NCBI GenBank assembly: GCA_002269645.1
Contig: NIVC01000151.1
Coordinates: 248,001 to 312,000, forward strand
Direction of reading: 5' to 3'
DNA: 64,000 bases
From: Macrostomum lignano
Taxonomy: Eukaryota
Shown here piece by piece: positions 58,226-64,000 of this stretch (the first letter of the stretch is position 1; the number at the start of each line of letters is the position of its first letter). The position numbers and the translations under genes are program-made. Under the pieces are notes generated by a model. The model had not been told where the DNA came from, made no database searches, and saw only the letters and a list, made by a program, of their open reading frames with translations.

Positions 58226-60589
58226 CCGAGGCTGGGCTACCGGAGGCGCGCCCAGCAGGACATCCGCCTCGTGCGCCAGTACTCGCTGCTGCTGGCCATT
58301 CTTCTGACCAGCGTGCTCTACAGAGTGCTGGCCGTCCTGGTGGGTGAGTGACGGGACATTGCTGCGGTTCCGGACTGATTCTCTTTAAATGCGCCAATCT
58401 AACAGGTAAATGCCCCAATCTTCCAGGTAAATTCCCCAATCTAACAGGAAAATTCGTCAGTCTAACAGGTAAATGCCCCAGTCTTACAGGTAAATTCCCC
58501 AGTCTAACAGGTAAATTCCCCAGTCTAACAGGTAAATTCCCCAGTCTAACAGATAAATTCCCCAGTCTAACAGGTAAATTCCCCAGTCTAACAGATAAAT
58601 TCCCCAGTCTAACAGGTAAATTCTCCAGTCTAACAGGTAAATTTCCGAGTCTAACAGGTAAATCCCCCAGTCTAACAGGTAAATTCCCCAGTCTAACAGG
58701 TGAATACAATTTGCATTAACCTGGCTAAAGTGCATGGCACACTCAAAAGCAGCTTAGATTTGGTGCTTGTTTAATGTAAGAATACTTTCTTCTTGCCGCT
58801 ACCCGCCTGGTCCCCCTCGGCCGGGGTGCGGATGCCGGAGCGCTCATCACTAACCAAACACTCCGATGCTTTGCTCAGCAATTTGCTCAAGCAGCTGCTG
58901 CACTTCAGGGCCCGTGGCAGGTTATGCGTAGCTTGAGTCTGACATTGGAGTTCTGTCACGTGACGGGCTGCCAGCGGAATCGATCCCAAAACGTGTTTCT
59001 TTGTCACTGAAGCATTTCCTGGCTTTCTTGTCATTGCTGTTGAGGGACGCCTGGGATGGGTGCGTGAAACGCCTGTGTAAGAATTAGCTGGCATAGCAAC
59101 TCAACTGCTGTCACTCTGCTAACAAGTCGTTTTTATAGCAGATGGAATAACTTAGTGAAAATATCAGGATATGACTTTGAGTGCTTCCGCCACTGTGCGC
59201 TTGTACATCTGCGCGCATTCACACCCAATGACCATCATTCACACCCAATGACCATCATTCACACCCAATGACCATCATTCACACCCAATGACCATCATTC
59301 ACACCCAATGACCATCATTCACACCCAATGACCATCATTCACACCCAATGACCGTCATTCACACCCATGACCATCGTTCACACCCAATGACCGTCATTCA
59401 CATCCAATGACCATCATTCACACCCAATGACCATCATTCACACCCAATGACCATCATTCACACCCAATGACCGTCATTCACACCCAATGACCATCATTCA
59501 CACCCAATGACCATCATTCACACCCAATGACCATCATTCACACCCAATGGCTATCATTCACACCCAATGACCATCATTCACATCCAATGACCATCATTCA
59601 TACCCAATGACCGTCATTCACATCCAATGACCATCATTCACACCCAATGACCGTCATTCACACCCAATGACCATAGTTCACACCCAATGACCATCATTCA
59701 CACCCAATGACCATCATTCACACCCAATGACCATCATTCACACCCAATGGCTATCATTCACACCCAATGACCATCATTCACACCCAATGGCTATCATTCA
59801 CACCCAATGACCATAATTCACACCCGATGGCCCTCATTCACACCCAATGGCCCTCATTCACACCTGATGGCCCTCATTCACACCCAATGGCCTTCATTCA
59901 CACCCGATGGCCTTCATTCACACCCGATGGCCTTCATTCACACCCGATGGTCTTCAATCACACCCGATGGCCCTCATTCACACCCGATGGTCTTCATTCA
60001 CACCCAATGGCCTTCATTCACACCCGATGGCCTTCATTCACACCCGATGGCCTTCATTCACACCCGATGGCCTTCATTCACACCCGATGGCCCTCATTCA
60101 CACCCGATGGCCCTCATTCACACCCGATGGCCTTCATTCACACCCACCCCGCCCCGCTACGCAGTGCAGTTCATGTACCTGGCGCTCCATTGCGAGTCCA
60201 GCGCCAGCAGCGGTTACGTCATCACGCTGTGCGCGGAGAACGCCTGCTTCGTCTGCGCCTGCCTCTGGTCGGCCGGCGGCGCCACCGACAACTGGCTGGC
60301 CGGCGCTGTCAACCGCGCCGTGTCGCCGCTGCTGCAGGCCGGCAGCTTCGGCTGCCTCTGCGCCAACGTGGCGCACTTCCTGGTCACCGCGGCCGGCCGC
60401 CAGCCGCCCTGCTGGCCCCCCTACTTCACCGGCCTGCTGTGGGGCCTCACCTGGCTGAATGTCGCCTCCTTCGCCACCGTGGCCGGCCTGCTGACGCAGC
60501 TCAGCTCGCCGCTGAATCTCTTCGACGCCATCCGCCAGACAGACGGAGACGAGGGGGCGCCGGAGGAGAACCTGCTGGGGCGGGAGTGA
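58226..60589 (+). CDS. 3' part of the uncharacterised multi-pass membrane protein, copy 2
   Basis: Exons about 58226-58343 and 60165-60589, duplicates of copy 1. Confidence 0.55.
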
Positions 60590-62659
60590 CTGCCTTGGCT
60601 TGGGTCTGACTCCTGTCTTACTTGTGCAGCTGTTGCTTCATATTACTGAATATTACTAGAGTCTTACTCGGATCTTACTCAAAATTTTACTTGCGCGTCG
60701 CACGATCAAAGCCCTTGACTCGCATTAAGCTTAATAAGTATTTTACTTGAGTATGATATGTGCCAATTGTTCATCTAATAATGATATCGAACTAATACTT
60801 TTATATTTATATGCAGTGACAGAGGGGCTCATAGCCAACCTGATGCGAGAGTGAGTGACAGTGAATGGGAGTGAGTGACAGTTAATGGGAGTGAGTGACA
60901 GTGAATGGGAGTGAGTGACAGTGAACGGGAGTGAGTGACAGTGAATGGGAGTGAGTGACAGTGAATGTGAGTGAGTGACAGTTAATGGGAGTGAGTGACA
61001 GTGAACAGGAGTGAGTGACAGTGAACGGGAGTGAGTGACAGTGAATGGGAGTGAGTGACAGTGAATGGGAGTGAGTGACAGCGAATGGGAGTGAGTGACA
61101 GCGAATGGGAGTGAGTGACAGCGAATGGGAGTGAGTGACAGTGAATGGGAGTGAGTGACAGTGAATGTGAGTGAGTGACAGTGAATGTGAGTGAGTGACA
61201 GTGAATGGGAGTGATTGACAGTGAATGTGAGTGAGTGACAGTGAATGTGAGTGAGTGACAGTGAATGTGAGTGAGTGACAGTGAATGTGAGTGAGTGACA
61301 GTGAATGGGAGTTAGTTACAGTGAATGTGAGTGAGTGACAGTAAATGTGAGTGAGTGACAGTGAATGTGAGTGAGTGACAGTGAATGTGAGTGAGTGACA
61401 GTAAATGTGAGTGAGTGACAGTGAATGTGAGTGAGTGACAGTGAATGTGAGTGAGTGACAGTAAATGTGAGTGAGTGACAGTGAATGTGAGTGAGTGACA
61501 GTAAATGTGAGTGAGTGACAGTGAATGTGAGTGAGTGACAGTGAATGTGAGTGAGTGACAGTGAATGTGAGTGAGTGACAGTGAATGTGAGTGAGTGACA
61601 GTGAATGTGAGTGAGTGACAGTAAATGTGAGTGAGTGACAGTGAATGTGAGTGAGTGACAGTGAATGTGAGTGAGTGACAGTGAATGTGAGTGAGTGACA
61701 GTAAATGTGAGTGAGTGACAGTGAATGTGAGTGAGTGACAGTGAATGTGAGTGAGTGACAGTGAATGTGAGTGAGTGACAGTGAATGTGAGTGAGTGACA
61801 GTGAATGGGAGTTAGTTACAGTGAATGTGAGTGAGTGACAGTGAATGTGAGTGAGTGACAGTGAATGTGAGTGAGTGACAGTGAATGTGAGTGAGTGACA
61901 GTAAATGTGAGTGAGTGACAGTGAATGTGAGTGAGTGACAGTGAATGTGAGTGAGTGACAGTAAATGTGAGTGAGTGACAGTGAATGTGAGTGAGTGACA
62001 GTGAATGTGAGTGAGTGACAGTGAATGTGAGTGAGTGACAGTGAATGTGAGTGAGTGACAGTGAATGTGAGTGAGTGACAGTGAATGTGAGTGAGTGACA
62101 GTGAATGTGAGTGAGTGACAGTAAATGTGAGTGAGTGACAGTGAATGTGAGTGAGTGACAGTGAATGTGAGTGAGTGACAGTGAATGTGAGTGAGTGACA
62201 GTAAATGTGAGTGAGTGACAGTGAATGTGAGTGAGTGACAGTGAATGTGAGTGAGTGACAGTGAATGTGAGTGAGTGACAGTAAATGTGAGTGAGTGACA
62301 GTGAATGGGAGTAAGTGACAGAGTGACCTGGCAAATCAGCTGGCAATGTGTGTCACCTGGCAGATCAGCTGACAATGTGGGTCAGTGCCAAACTGATTGA
62401 CAAACTGGCTGGGGGGGGGGGCATCTGCGATGTTGATGCGATGAGGCGCGCGGGAGGCCAATGGGATCTGAGACGGGCCAATGGGATCTGAGACTGGCTG
62501 GGGCCATCCGAAGTCCCAAAATAAAAGCTGGTGCAGAGGCTCCCACCATGGAGCTCTCACTGACTCCGCCGGGCCGCTCAGCGAACTCAAAAAGCCAAGT
62601 TCTCAGCTCGCATTATTTACTGTACTGCATTTCCATACAAGCAGAAGCAGCCCGGTTCG

Positions 62660-63620
62660 ATGGCTCGGTCTCTCTGTGAGTTTCCATGAGTTATCCTGCA
62701 GTGAAGAAGCGCAGATAAAGTTAATAAAGTTTAGGATTTGGCATTTCGGCATTTCAGTTTGGCAGCTGCTGTTCTTGGCCGCCGCCTTCGCCCTCGCCTC
62801 CGCGGGTCGCCTCCACGAGGAGTTTCCTGGTGAGCCTTCTGTTTAAACAAATCATAAGAGACAAATACATGTACGAACAAATTAACATTGGAACATTGGG
62901 ACATCATCCCACACCAGCGCTGCGGCTCTTCTGCCCATCCCGCTGGCTCCTGAGCGCATGCAAGCGCGCCAATACTGTATGCAGACACGCCCTGAGGCAA
63001 ACTCTCACACTGGGTGAACTGCTCACCTAAACTGCTCACCTAAACTGCTCACCTAAACTGCTCACCTAAACTGCTCACCTAAACTGCTCACCTAAACTGC
63101 TCACCTAAACTGCTCACTTAAACTGATAACCTAAACTGCTCACCTAAACTGATAACCTAAACTGCTCACCTAAACTGATAACCTAAACTGCTCACCTAAA
63201 CTGCTCACCTAAACTGATAACCTAAACTGCTCACCTAAACTGATAACCTAAACTGCTCACCTAAACTGATAACCTAAACTGATAGCCACTCACCTAAACT
63301 GATAACCTCAGCTGCTCACCTAAACTGCTCATTAAAGCTGCTCTTCCTAAACTAACTTGTCAGATACCGACGCTCTGGACGGCCCTGGTGCCGAGGAAGA
63401 CGATCTAGCGAGGCTGCTGCCGCTGCGCCAGCTGGCTCGCGACTACAAGAGCAAGAGAATGTCGGAATTTGTCGGCAAACGGATGTCGGAATTTGTCGGC
63501 AAACGGATGTCGGAATTTGTCGGCAAACGGATGTCGGAATTTGTTGGCAAACGCCCAATGAGTCGAAAGCGAATGTCGGAATTTGTCGGCAAGAGAATGT
63601 CGGAATTCGTCGGAAAATAG
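62660..63620 (+). CDS. TRH/EFLamide-type neuropeptide precursor, copy 2
   Basis: Exons 62660-62675, 62758-62829 and 63364-63620; same translation as copy 1. Confidence 0.9.
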
Positions 63621-64000
63621 TAAGCCGCTGAGCGGAGCCACCCAGGAGAAGAGTGAAGCAGCTGAAAGCACATTTGCTGGACATTTCCCTTGTCGCGATG
63701 GCGAACGCAGATCTGAAAATTCAATAAAGCAGCCCCGATGCGCCCTCTTGGATGTCGCAGTTAAAAAGTTATGTTTACAATTTTGAATTCCGTTGATTTA
63801 AAAAAATCGATGTCTCTCAATAAGAGTTCGAGTTGGGACCGGTGTTAGAGTTTAGGATCTCCGCGTTTTAGGGTCTCCGCGGTTTTTCTATATGAAAATT
63901 ATAGCTACTTCTATGTACATCGAGATTGGCACCCCAAAGTGTGAGCAGTCTTGCGTAACTTTCAATAGGCTTTGCACATTTTGGAGATCAGCTTTGTACT

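Larger units (their letters stand above)
53743..64000 (+). repeat. Tandem segmental duplication, copy 2 (runs off the window end)
   Basis: Matches 42669-52926 at a constant offset of 11,074, including all minisatellite arrays. Confidence 0.97.

Overview
Intron-rich animal genomic DNA with GC-rich exons, AT-rich spacers and many minisatellites. The style resembles the flatworm Macrostomum, which is an inference only. I rebuilt genes by hand from GT-AG boundaries with matching phases: SH2D5-like PTB+SH2 adaptor, neurensin-like protein, a probable type I membrane C-type lectin, ZNHIT1, a divergent FAM120-like protein, NUDT9, a catalytic-domain-only astacin, a partial multi-pass membrane gene and a TRH/EFLamide-type neuropeptide precursor with six MSEFV-amide copies. 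From 42669 onward the window is a tandem duplication with an 11,074 bp period. Copy 2 starts at 53743 and runs off the window end. The unit carries a gypsy RT/RNase H fragment, the membrane gene, the neuropeptide gene and a Ginger/GIN-like relic. Main points of interest: nearly every sizeable intron holds its own unrelated minisatellite, several made of splice-signal-like motifs; a possible GA-AG intron in the lectin; an operon-like ZNHIT1-FAM120 pair; and an array of MEF2-consensus sites. Most long ORFs in the supplied track are repeat read-through artefacts. No rRNA, tRNA or CRISPR array was recognised. All coordinates were read by eye and no database searches were run.
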